NCBI GenBank assembly: GCA_035762175.1 | Contig: DASTPP010000381.1 | Location: 1-24,188, forward strand | Origin: Polyangiaceae bacterium | Lineage (GTDB): Bacteria > Myxococcota_A > Polyangia > Polyangiales > Polyangiaceae | Reading direction: 5' to 3' | DNA: 24,188 nt | In this document: in pieces, positions 1 through 8,102 of the stretch | Numbering within the stretch: position 1 is the stretch's first letter | How the letters are laid out: each line of letters begins with the position of its first letter | Notes under the pieces: generated by a model | Told to the model about the DNA's origin: nothing | Databases searched by the model: none | What the model saw: the letters and a program-made list of their open reading frames with translations, nothing else | Program-made: the position numbers and the translations under genes

Positions 1-1
1 G

Positions 2-88
2 CCCCCCGGGGCACCTCGCGAGGCGCCCCCCCCCTCGTTGCCGAGCCCCCGGGCACCTCGGGAGGCGCCCCCCCCCTCGTTGGCCGAG
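2..88. repeat. Tandem ~44-nt direct repeat x2 with C8-C9 homopolymer runs, at the window edge
   Basis: CCCCCGGGGCACCTCGCGAGGCGCCCCCCCCTCGTTGCCGAG (2-45) is repeated with small differences at 46-88. An inverted partial copy CCCCCGAGGTGCC sits at 101-113. Confidence 0.7.
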
Positions 89-346
89 ACCCCCGAGCAG
101 CCCCCGAGGTGCCTTCGCCCCCTACGAAGAGGTCTACGAGCAGCACGCGGGGGGGGTAACGGGCGCATGACAGTGGCCGCGCGTGGCTTCCTGCGCGCCT
201 GACAACGTGACGACGCCAATATAACCCCGGGGCCGCGTGATGGCTCACGGCTGACGACGCCGGCGGCTGCGCGGGCCGCGCTCAATTGAGCGTGAGGTGC
301 AAAGGCGGCCGACTCGATCGCCTGGCCCGAGGGGCATACCGAACTA

Positions 347-422
347 GGCTCTGTCGGGCGAATGCGGGCCGAGCGCGCCGCGGATCGGCCGTCGGGCGAC
401 GGGAGCATCCGCCCGATAGAGC
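347..422. repeat. 76-bp palindromic (MITE/REP-like) element, short member of the family also seen at 17689-17848
   Basis: Left end GGCTCTGTCGGGCGAATGC (347-365) is identical to 17689-17707. The right end GCATCCGCCCGATAGAGC (405-422) is its imperfect inverted copy (16/18). The internal arms match the internal arms of the 17.7-kb copy in the opposite orientation. Confidence 0.6.
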
Positions 423-490
423 GGTTCCAGCCTTGACGGCGGCGAGCCCTCGGCCCAGAGCACCCCACCCCTTTGGGTACGGAGGGCACC

Positions 491-1732
491 ATGCGAACGA
501 GCTCGAGCCAGAAGAAGACGACGACCGCCCGGCTTTTCTTTGCCGCGGCGGCCGCGATCGCGCCGCTCTCGGCGCTGCATTGCGTCGAGGGGGGGGGCGA
601 GGGCGCGCCCTCGGCCTCGGCGCGCCCAGCCGCGCTCGCCGGCGCGCACGCGCCGACGCTCACGGTCCAGGCGAGCGGCACCACCCGGTCGCTGATGGCC
701 ATCAGCCCGGTCGACGCGCACGTGGTCTGGGCGAGCGGCGTCGGCGGCACCTTCTTGCGCACCACCGACGGCGGGGCGACCTGGCAGGCGCGCGTCGTGC
801 CGGGGGCCGAGGCGCTGCAGTTTCGCGACGTGCAGGGCGTCAGCGATCGGGTCGCGTACCTGCTCTCGGCCGGGGTCGGCACCGACTCGCGCATCTACAA
901 GACCGAAGACGGCGGCGAGACGTGGGCGCTGCAATTTCAGAACGAAGACCCCGCCGGCTTCTACGACTGCTTCGCCTTCTGGTCGCCCGAGCGCGGCGTC
1001 GTCATGGCCGACTCGGTCGACGGCCGCTTCCCCGCGCTCGCGACGGCCGACGGCGCGTCGTGGCAGGACATCGGCGCGGCCCTGCCGCCGGCGCTGCCGG
1101 GCGAGGCGGCCTTCGCGGCGAGCGGCACCTGCGCGGCCACGCAAGGCAAAAAGCGCGCGTGGTTCGTGACCGCGGGCGCCGCGAAGGCGCGGGTGCTCGC
1201 GACGAAGAACGGCGGCACGAGCTGGGCGGCGTACGAGACGCCGATCGTGCAAGGCACCCCGAGCTCGGGCATCGCCAGCGTCGCCTTCCGCGATCGCCGC
1301 CACGGTATTCTCGGCGGCGGCGACCTCGCCGCGCCGGCCGAGCTCTCGAACAACGTCGCCCGCTCGCGCGACGGCGGCAAGACCTGGCAGCTCGCCGCCG
1401 GCAGCCCCTTCCCGGGCGCGATCTACGGCCTGAGCTACGCGCTCGGCCGCCCGGCCGACGAGCTCGCGGGCGACGAGCGCGACGACGGCGCCGACGAGCT
1501 CGCGGGCGACGAGCGCGACGACGGCGCCGACGAGCGCGAGGGCGACGGCGAGCGCGGGGGCTGTGCGACGGTGGTCGCGACCGGCCCCGGCGGCGCGGCG
1601 TGGTCGACCGACGAGGGCGACAGCTGGCACCGGCTCGAGGGCGTCGACGGCTACTGGGCCGTGGCCTTCGCCGACGAGCGCACGGGGTGGCTGGTGGGCA
1701 CCGGGGGCCGCCTGCTGAAGATCGAGCTCTGA
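491..1732 (+). CDS. Secreted BNR/Asp-box repeat beta-propeller protein (Ycf48/sialidase-like fold)
   Basis: ORF-track frame 473..1732. The ATG at 491 is preceded by GGAGGG (481-486). The N-terminus has a signal-like hydrophobic stretch (ARLFFAAAAAIAPLSA). Five Asp-box motifs S/T-x-D-x-G-x-T/S-W are present (TTDGGATW, TEDGGETW, TKNGGTSW, SRDGGKTW, STDEGDSW). GC3 is high in this frame. Confidence 0.8.
   Translation: MRTSSSQKKTTTARLFFAAAAAIAPLSALHCVEGGGEGAPSASARPAALAGAHAPTLTVQASGTTRSLMAISPVDAHVVWASGVGGTFLRTTDGGATWQARVVPGAEALQFRDVQGVSDRVAYLLSAGVGTDSRIYKTEDGGETWALQFQNEDPAGFYDCFAFWSPERGVVMADSVDGRFPALATADGASWQDIGAALPPALPGEAAFAASGTCAATQGKKRAWFVTAGAAKARVLATKNGGTSWAAYETPIVQGTPSSGIASVAFRDRRHGILGGGDLAAPAELSNNVARSRDGGKTWQLAAGSPFPGAIYGLSYALGRPADELAGDERDDGADELAGDERDDGADEREGDGERGGCATVVATGPGGAAWSTDEGDSWHRLEGVDGYWAVAFADERTGWLVGTGGRLLKIEL
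1454..1525 (+). repeat. Perfect 36-nt tandem duplication inside the BNR protein gene (ADELAGDERDDG x2)
   Basis: GCCGACGAGCTCGCGGGCGACGAGCGCGACGACGGC at 1454-1489 and again at 1490-1525, followed by a diverged third unit (ADEREGDGERGG). Confidence 0.9.
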
Positions 1733-2258
1733 CGCCGACCCGCCCCCGCGCCGACTGCCCGGTCGAGCCGCTCGCGGGGCGATTCGCTGTCACCCCTGCT
1801 GCTTTCGCTCGGTGTCGAAGAGGTCGTCTCACCCGCTCATGGCGATGAAAGTATGCATCGTGATACCGAAGAAGCAAAAGGGGTAAGCGAGAACGAGGCG
1901 GCGTTGCCCCCGACGACCGATCTCGTCGGGGCCCACCTCGGCTGGCCGCGCGCTGCCGCGAGCGTGCCCGCGGCGTGTCCAGTGGTAGCGGAACGTGGCC
2001 CGGCCTCGCCACCCAGCCTCCGCCGGGCGAGACGCGCGCCCCGCAGCCGGGAGTACGGGACCAAGAGCCCGTCGGATTGCCGAATCTCCGCCTTATGCTG
2101 AGCTCGGTCAGGACGCGGCCCCCGCCGACGTCTCGGCGCGAAGGCTCGATTCGGCAATTCAGGCGGGTTTTTCGCCCCGGCGACCTTCGGGCGTGCGTTG
2201 CCCACCCGTGGCCCCTGCTCGGCCTGGAGATTTGGGTCACAGGCTATTAAATGGGAGC

Positions 2259-3740
2259 ATGGGAAACGACACCAACCGTCTCTCGACGGCGATCGTCACC
2301 GCGATCTCGGGCATCGCGGCAGCGGCCGACAGGCAGGCGCTCCTCGCCGCGATCGGGAAGAACCTGGCCTCGTTGCCGGCTGACACGTACCTCCTCTCAC
2401 AGCTCCGTGGTAACGAAGAGCATGAGCTGGTCGGCGCCTGGGAGCACAAGGGCGTGCCCGCGTCCCTCGCCCTCGGCACCCGGTATCCGTACGCGGACTA
2501 CCCGGCCATCCGGCTCATCGAGCCGGGCCGGCCGTTCCTCTCCAGCGACGTCTCGAGCGACCCGCGGCTCGACGACCGGACCCGGGGCTTTCTGCAAGAC
2601 ATGGAAATCGAGGCCGTCGTCAGCTTTCCGCTGGTCGTGCGCGATGAGTACGTCGGCATCTTCTCGACCGGGTACCGCACGAAGCACGAGCACACGTCGG
2701 AGGAGCTCGAGCTCTTGCAGATCATCGCGCAGCTCGCGGCCGTGGCGCTGGCGCACATCGAAGGCCGCGAGGCGCTCGCGCGCAAGGTCGAGCAGTTGCA
2801 CGGGCTCTACCGCGCGGCCGAAGAGCTGGGCGCCATCGACGACGAAGTGACGATGCTGCGCACGGGGGCGCGCATGGTGCGCACGCACCTGGGGTGCCTC
2901 AGCTGCTGGATCGCGGTGCTGGACCGCGAGCACAACGTCCTGCGCGGCATCACCACGGAGGCCGACCAGCCCCGCGAATTCGAGGCGCCGCCGGTCTCGA
3001 TGGACGACGTGGAGAACATGGCGGTCGCGGTGGTGCGTTCGGGCCACCCGGCCGCGTATACGGACGCCGTGGCCCGTGCGGACGCGGAGGGCTGGGGCGA
3101 CGTCGCCCGCCTCGTCGGCGTGCGCAGCGTCGCGTACGTGCCGCTGCGCGCGGGCGCGGACGTGCTCGGCGTCTTCGCGGTGGGGGACTCCGCCGACCGC
3201 ATCGAGGAGGACGAGCTCGCGCTGCTCGCGACGTTCGGCAACCAGCTCGCCGGCGCCATGGTACGCAGCCGGATGGACCGCGAGCGCGCCGCGCAGGTCG
3301 CGAGCCTGCAGCGCGCCTACGAGCAGCAGGCGCGGCTGCTCGACGTCGTGCGCGAGCTGTCCACGCCCGTCATTCCGGTGCACGACCGCATTCTGGTGCT
3401 GCCGCTCATCGGGGGCATCGACGCGGCGCGCAGCGTGCAAATCATGGACGCGCTGCTGTCGGCGGTGCAGCGCGAAGGCGCGTCGGTCGTGATCGTGGAC
3501 GTCACCGGGGTGCCCATGGTGGACAGCAACGTGGCGAACCACCTGATGCAGGCCATTCGGTCCGTGTCGCTGCTCGGCGCCAAGTGCGTGCTGGTGGGCA
3601 TCTCGGCCATGGTGGCGCAGACGATCGTGCACCTCGGCATCGAGCTCGGCGGCGCGGTCACCCGGGGCAACCTCCAGGCGGGTATCGCCTACGCGCTGCG
3701 GCTGCTCGATCTGGAGATTCGCCCCGTCGCGCCGAAGTGA
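2259..3740 (+). CDS. GAF-GAF-STAS domain signalling protein (RsbR / anti-sigma-antagonist-like C-terminus)
   Basis: Frame of ORF 1995..3740. The ATG at 2259 is preceded by GGGAG (2253-2257), and the upstream part of the ORF is Arg/Pro-rich and non-protein-like. There are two GAF-like regions. The C-terminal STAS-like block is ILVLPLIGGIDAARSVQIMDALL...VVIVDVTGVPMVDSNVANHL...LLGAKCVLVGISAMVAQTIVHLG. Confidence 0.8.
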   Translation: MGNDTNRLSTAIVTAISGIAAAADRQALLAAIGKNLASLPADTYLLSQLRGNEEHELVGAWEHKGVPASLALGTRYPYADYPAIRLIEPGRPFLSSDVSSDPRLDDRTRGFLQDMEIEAVVSFPLVVRDEYVGIFSTGYRTKHEHTSEELELLQIIAQLAAVALAHIEGREALARKVEQLHGLYRAAEELGAIDDEVTMLRTGARMVRTHLGCLSCWIAVLDREHNVLRGITTEADQPREFEAPPVSMDDVENMAVAVVRSGHPAAYTDAVARADAEGWGDVARLVGVRSVAYVPLRAGADVLGVFAVGDSADRIEEDELALLATFGNQLAGAMVRSRMDRERAAQVASLQRAYEQQARLLDVVRELSTPVIPVHDRILVLPLIGGIDAARSVQIMDALLSAVQREGASVVIVDVTGVPMVDSNVANHLMQAIRSVSLLGAKCVLVGISAMVAQTIVHLGIELGGAVTRGNLQAGIAYALRLLDLEIRPVAPK

Positions 3741-4206
3741 GGGGGGGGCGCGGAGGCGGCGTTGATGGCGCGCGGGGGCGCGACGTCGACGCGGACGCCG
3801 GGGGCGCCGGCGCGGTCGCCGTCGCCGGGCCCGAGAGCCGCCAGGCCTTCGCCCGAGCGTCGAGCCGGCGGGCCGGTGGCGTGAATGGTCAAGACTCTGG
3901 TGCGTTCAGCCCTGGCCGCGGCGCGGGGCGCTGGCCATGCTGCGAGGCGGTCGATGGTCGCCCCTCGGGGCCCGCGCTCGGCCGGGGCCGCGCGCCGAGG
4001 GCGCGAGCCCGTGCGCCAGGTGCTGCGGCCGCGAGGGCTCGGGCGCGGGGCGCTCGGCCGCTCGTCGGGAGCGGCGGCGAGCCACGCCGCGAGCGGGGGG
4101 GCCCCCGTGACCGACGCGCCATACCTCCGACCCTCGCGCCCCGGCCGTTCGCGGCGAACCCCCCACGCCGCCCCGCCCTGGCCCGAGTTTTGATAGACGG
4201 GCGCCA

Positions 4207-4932
4207 ATGCGATCGATTTCAGTCTTCGCTTTGGTCTGGCTCGGCGCCCTCGCGAGCGGTTGTACCGTCATCGACGGCGAACCCACCGACGAACAGGGCG
4301 ACTGTCTCGTCGGCTATATTACCCCCACCGTCCACGTTCGCGACGTCGACGGCAGGTCGATTTGCGACGCGAGCGTCGTCGCTCGCGAAGGCGGCTACGA
4401 GGTGGCGCTCACGCGGCAGGGCACGTGCGGCGCCTATCGGTTGCCCGACCGGCGTGGCATCTACGCGGTGACGGTCGAGGCCCCCGGCTATCGCAGGGCC
4501 GTGCGCGAGGGCGTCAGGGCGGGGCTCGATTCTTACGCCGGCTACGGCTGCGCGGGGCCGCCGAGCAGCAAGACTGACCTCGAGGTGAGGCTCGAGGCCG
4601 AGACGCCCGAGTGTGACACCTCGGCCGCGCTGTCGTTCCTGGTCGACCTGCGCGACGAGGCCGGGGCGCCCGTCTGTGACGCCCGCGTCGTCGTGCGCGA
4701 CGGCGCGTTCGTGCAGGAGCTCCGCCCCTCGCCGGCTCCGGGCGCTTCGTGTTTTTGGGACGGCCCGGCCGAGCGGCCCGGCTCGTACGAAGTGACCATC
4801 AGCAAGCCCGGCTACGAGACGATCGTGCTGCCGTCGGTGGTCGTCACCAAGGCGGCGGGCGCTTGCCACGTCACGCCGGCCAAGATCGAGGCGCAACTCG
4901 CGCCCGCGGAGACCCCGCCCGCGGGCGGCTGA
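4207..4932 (+). CDS. Lipoprotein with two carboxypeptidase-regulatory-like beta-sandwich repeats
   Basis: ORF 4207..4932. The signal peptide has a lipobox (LGALASGC). Two internally similar halves each carry the pattern D..G.P/S.CDA.VV.R.G...G.Y.VT...PGY (GIYAVTVEAPGY / GSYEVTISKPGY). The function is not assignable. Confidence 0.7.
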   Translation: MRSISVFALVWLGALASGCTVIDGEPTDEQGDCLVGYITPTVHVRDVDGRSICDASVVAREGGYEVALTRQGTCGAYRLPDRRGIYAVTVEAPGYRRAVREGVRAGLDSYAGYGCAGPPSSKTDLEVRLEAETPECDTSAALSFLVDLRDEAGAPVCDARVVVRDGAFVQELRPSPAPGASCFWDGPAERPGSYEVTISKPGYETIVLPSVVVTKAAGACHVTPAKIEAQLAPAETPPAGG

Positions 4933-5037
4933 AAGCGCCCACCCGCGCGCAGGGTCGGCAGAGTGCCGACCCTGCGCGCGCCGAGCGGCGGGTGCCGAGC
5001 TTGGCGTTGCGTTCGGCCGTCGCGCGCCGAGCGGCGC

Positions 5038-5120
5038 GGCCGCGTGGCGGGGGGAGAGACCACCAGGGTAGCCGAGCGACACGGTCGCGTGGCGGGGGGG
5101 AGAGACCGCCGGGGTAGCGG
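5038..5120. repeat. Tandem ~45-nt direct repeat x2 upstream of the 5179 gene
   Basis: GG(C/T)CGCGTGGCGGGG(G)GGAGAGACC(A/G)CC(A/G)GGGTAGC at about 5038-5074 and 5083-5120. Confidence 0.7.
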
Positions 5121-5178
5121 CCGGGCCGGGCGGTTCGATTTTCGGTCACAAAGTCGCTCGGCGGCGGTCAAAGCCCTC

Positions 5179-5754
5179 ATGGTCCAACGAATGCTCGGCG
5201 CGGCCTCGGTGGCGGCGGCGCTCTTGGCGTACGGCGAGGTCGCGGCCGCGGACGAGGCGAGCCCGTGCGCGCGCCGGCCGAACCAACTGATTGCCGACCT
5301 CGGGCTGCACGTCGTCAACGCGGGGTATCAGCGCACGTTGAGCTGCACGTTCAGCGCGCAGATGAGCGCCGGGCTCTACGTGCCCTGGGTGGTCAACCGC
5401 GACGTCTTCGGGCTCGGGGGCGGCGACCGCTCGCCGCCCGACGACGTGGCCGGCCTCGTCGTGCGCGGGCGGGGCTTCGTGCACCCGGCGAACGAGCCCC
5501 AGGCGGGGCCTTGGCTGTCGCCCTTCGTGCAGGCGGGCCCGGTGCGGGCGACGCGCGAAGGCAGGCGCGTGTGGGGCAGGGCGCTGGCGGCTGGGCTCAG
5601 TATAGGCTGGACGTTCGCCTTCGGCGAGCGCTGGCGGCTCGCGCTGGGGGCGGGCGCGCAGTATCACGTGGCGCAATTCGGCGAGACGGCGGCCCGGCCC
5701 GGGTTCGCGCGGCTCGGCCCCACGGTCGACATCAACCTCGGCTACGCGCTGTGA
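5179..5754 (+). CDS. Secreted hypothetical protein (possible small beta-barrel outer-membrane protein)
   Basis: Frame of ORF 4963..5754, with the ATG at 5179 (second ATG at 5191). Signal-like N-terminus MVQRMLGAASVAAALLAYGEVAAA. The C-terminal half has alternating hydrophobic beta-strand-like segments ending INLGYAL. The upstream part of the ORF is a non-coding tandem repeat. Confidence 0.6.
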   Translation: MVQRMLGAASVAAALLAYGEVAAADEASPCARRPNQLIADLGLHVVNAGYQRTLSCTFSAQMSAGLYVPWVVNRDVFGLGGGDRSPPDDVAGLVVRGRGFVHPANEPQAGPWLSPFVQAGPVRATREGRRVWGRALAAGLSIGWTFAFGERWRLALGAGAQYHVAQFGETAARPGFARLGPTVDINLGYAL

Positions 5755-6016
5755 CGACGTTTGGTCTGCCCGCCTGGGCTCTGGCGCGCTCAAGGTCGGG
5801 GTCTGTGATCTGACCGAGGGGCCCGGGCGGGGTCGGAGCGCGCCGGCGCACGCCGCCCCTGCGCGGACGGCGCCGTGGGCCCGAGCGCGGCGGCGGGTGT
5901 GGGTGCGCGGCACCGGCGCGCGTTACGCCGCCGACGGAAACCCCGCGGGGTACCATTCGTTCTACCGACGGCGTGCGCCTTCGAAAGGGGCCGCGAGGCG
6001 GCGCCCGCGCCCACGT

Positions 6017-6066
6017 GGCCGATGCGCGCGCATTGTCCGAATGCGCGAGGCCGATGCGCGCGCATT
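6017..6066. promoter_or_regulatory. Twin operator-like sites: GGCCGATGCGCGCGCATT x2, each with the perfect 12-bp palindrome ATGCGCGCGCAT
   Basis: Identical 18-mers at 6017-6034 and 6049-6066, a 32-bp period. The palindromes are at 6022-6033 and 6054-6065, with a half-site AATGCGCG between them (6040-6047). They lie about 290 nt upstream of the precursor ATG and next to a rare AT-rich patch (6067-6103). Confidence 0.35.
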
Positions 6067-6352
6067 CGAAACTAGTACTACGTCCTACGACGATTGTACC
6101 TATCGGGCGGCGCCCCCAGGCGCGGCCGAGGCCTGCCGGCGCGCCCGGCGGAGGGCGAGATTTCAGGCGCGGCGACGCCCGTCGAAGGGGGCCGCGTTCG
6201 CCGGCCGCGCGGCCGCGCCGGCCGGTGACGGGGCGGGCCTCGGCGGTGGCATTCGCCTTGCTCGAGCGCTCTGCCGGCAGCCGGGCCACGACGCTCATGG
6301 GGAACGTGGGGCCCGCGCCGCCCGCTCATTCACTTCATTGGGGAGGAACACC

Positions 6353-6538
6353 ATGGATACCACGAAGAAGAACGCGCCGTCGACCGAGCAAGCCCAGCCG
6401 CCCGCCGAGCGCATCTTGGCCCGCCGGCTCGCCCGCGAGCTGAGCAAAGACGAGCTCGACGCCATCTCGGGCGGCACGATGAAGGATCGCGACGTCGAGG
6501 GCACGGGCTCGGGCATGTGGGGCAACCTCGACGACTGA
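6353..6538 (+). CDS. RiPP precursor peptide (61 aa): 41-aa double-glycine leader plus 20-aa core TMKDRDVEGTGSGMWGNLDD
   Basis: The ATG at 6353 is preceded by GGGAGG (6341-6346) and lies in the frame of ORF 5897..6538. The peptide is MDTTKKNAPSTEQAQPPAERILARRLARELSKDELDAISGG|TMKDRDVEGTGSGMWGNLDD. LSKDELDAISGG fits the classical double-Gly leader pattern L-S-x-x-E-L-x-x-I-x-G-G. It lies directly upstream of an ATP-grasp ligase and a C39 ABC exporter. Confidence 0.8.
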   Translation: MDTTKKNAPSTEQAQPPAERILARRLARELSKDELDAISGGTMKDRDVEGTGSGMWGNLDD

Positions 6539-6618
6539 TCGGCCGATCGGCACGGTCACGGTACGAGGTTCGAGGTCGGCCGCGCGGCGTGTAATGCGCC
6601 GCGCGGCCGGCCGCGGCC

Positions 6619-6702
6619 GGGGCCCGCTCGCGGGCGCCGTACCGAGGCCGCCCGGCGGCCGAGGCCCGCTCGCGGGCGCCGTACCGAGGCCGCCCGGCGG
6701 CC
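6619..6702. repeat. 42-nt tandem repeat x2 (40 nt identical) in the precursor-ligase spacer
   Basis: GGCCCGCTCGCGGGCGCCGTACCGAGGCCGCCCGGCGGCC occurs identically at 6621-6660 and 6663-6702. Each unit holds two GC palindromes (GCCCGC-tc-GCGGGC and GGCCGCC-cg-GGCGGCC). Confidence 0.9.
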
Positions 6703-6745
6703 GCCCGCGCGGCGGGCCGACGGCGCGGCCGCCGGTGCTTTTCTC
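6694..6745 (+). terminator. Terminator/attenuator-like hairpin between precursor and ATP-grasp genes
   Basis: The 11-bp perfect stem CCGGCGGCCGC (6694-6704) pairs with GCGGCCGCCGG (6725-6735). The loop is 20 nt and is followed by TGCTTTTCTC (6736-6745). It lies about 155 nt after the precursor stop. Confidence 0.4.
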
Positions 6746-6885
6746 GCCGAGGCCCGCCTCGCCGGGCCTCGCTCGCGCGACTTCGCCCGCGCGCCGACCG
6801 GCGCGCCCGGGCGGGCACTCTCGATCGAACGCGGCGGCCCGGCCTCGGCCCGCCGGCCACCCCGACGTCAACCTATCACACTACC

Positions 6886-8004
6886 ATGGCCCGAATTCTC
6901 ATCGCTACGATCTCCGACGATATGCACGCCGCCGCCGTGGCGCACGTGCTCGAACGCATGGGGCACGAGCCCGTGCGGTGGGTCTGCGCCGACTTTCCGC
7001 AGCGGGGCACGATCTCGCTGTCGCCCCACGACCCCGAGGGCGCCTCGCCCCGCGTGGCCGACGCGCGCGGCGAGCTGCCGGCGGCGCCGGCCGACGTCTT
7101 CTGGAACCGCCGCCCCTCGCTGCCGGTCATCGGCCCGGGCGTGCTGCCCGAAGGCGACCGGCGCTTCGCCCTGCGCGAGTCGGCCATCTTGCTGACGGGC
7201 GCGATCGACCTGCTCTCGCAGGGCGGCTTCGCGGTCAACGGGCCGCGTGAGGCGGCGCGCGCCGAGAACAAGGTGGTGCAGCTCTCGGTCGCGCGCGCGC
7301 TGGGCTTCGCGCTGCCCGACACGCTCATCTCGAACGAGCCCGAGCGCATTCGCCGGTTCGTGCGCGAGCGGGCCGACGTCGGCGCCATCTACAAGCCGTT
7401 CCGGCCCGCGACGTGGGAGTCGGCGGACCGCCTCGCCATGCTCTACACGGCGAAGGTCGACGAGGCCTCGCTGCCCGACGACGACCTCTTGCGCCTCGGG
7501 CCGGGCATCTTCCAGGCGTACGTGCCCAAGGCCTACGAGCTGCGGGTGACCTGCATGGGCGACGAGGTGCTGGCCGCGCGGCTCGACTCGCAGGCCACGC
7601 GCGACGGCAAGGTCGACTGGCGCATCGCGCACGTGCACGACCTCGCGGTGCGGCCCGTCGAGCTGCCGCCGGCGGTCGCGCGGCGCTGCCTCGAGCTGCT
7701 GCGCCGCCTCGGGCTGGTGTTCGGGTGCATCGACCTCATCGTCACGCCCGAGGGCGAGTACGTGTTCCTCGAGGTGAACCAGATGGGCCAGTTTCTGTGG
7801 GTCGAGATCGCCTGCCCCGCGATGCCGATGTTGCAGACGTTCTGCGAATTCCTCGTCCGCCGCGACCCGCACTTCCGGCGCGCGCCGGGCGCGCCCGTCG
7901 TCCACACGTTCGCCGGGGTGCGCGCCGCCGCGTCGGCGACGCTCGAGGCCGAGCGCGGCCGGCACGCGCGCCCCGAGCAAGAGTCGCACGTCATGCCGGA
8001 GTGA
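6886..8004 (+). CDS. ATP-grasp ribosomal peptide maturase (MdnC/MvdD-like macrocyclase)
   Basis: ORF 6886..8004. The blocks line up with my recollection of microviridin MdnC. These are ILIAT.SDD at the N-terminus, WNRR, ENKVVQLSVARALGF.LPDTLISNEPE, FQAYVPKAYELRVTCMG, DWR, and FGCIDLIVTPEGEYVFLEVNQMGQFLWVE. Confidence 0.88.
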   Translation: MARILIATISDDMHAAAVAHVLERMGHEPVRWVCADFPQRGTISLSPHDPEGASPRVADARGELPAAPADVFWNRRPSLPVIGPGVLPEGDRRFALRESAILLTGAIDLLSQGGFAVNGPREAARAENKVVQLSVARALGFALPDTLISNEPERIRRFVRERADVGAIYKPFRPATWESADRLAMLYTAKVDEASLPDDDLLRLGPGIFQAYVPKAYELRVTCMGDEVLAARLDSQATRDGKVDWRIAHVHDLAVRPVELPPAVARRCLELLRRLGLVFGCIDLIVTPEGEYVFLEVNQMGQFLWVEIACPAMPMLQTFCEFLVRRDPHFRRAPGAPVVHTFAGVRAAASATLEAERGRHARPEQESHVMPE

Positions 8005-8102
8005 GAGGGGGGCGGCCGCGCCCGGCCCCGGCCGTGCCCGCGCGCGGGGCGGCGGGGGGCGCGGCGGCGGCCGGGCGGTCGCGCGAGGCGGAGGCGAGGG
8101 CG

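Noticed and set aside
286-2240. Long ORFs 286..1848 (+), 344..1630 (-) and 1002..2240 (-) overlapping the BNR-propeller gene
   Set aside because: Their translations are dominated by Arg/Ala/Gly/Pro runs with no motifs. This is typical of out-of-frame or antisense open frames in very GC-rich DNA. The 491..1732 frame alone has Asp-box motifs, a signal peptide and an RBS.
2397-4471. ORFs 2397..3632 (-), 2894..4471 (+) and 3689..4207 (-), and any gene in the 3741-4206 gap
   Set aside because: They are Arg/Gly/His-rich nonsense translations that overlap or are antisense to the GAF-STAS gene. No frame in 3741-4206 has protein-like composition, a start with an RBS, or motifs. I treat this stretch as a GC-rich intergenic spacer.
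7413-8102. N-terminal 230 codons of ORF 7413..9026 (extension of the first HlyD gene into the ATP-grasp gene)
   Set aside because: The extension overlaps the well-supported ATP-grasp CDS in another frame and is Arg/Gly/Ala-rich. The adaptor-like sequence with a TM anchor begins at the ATG at 8103.
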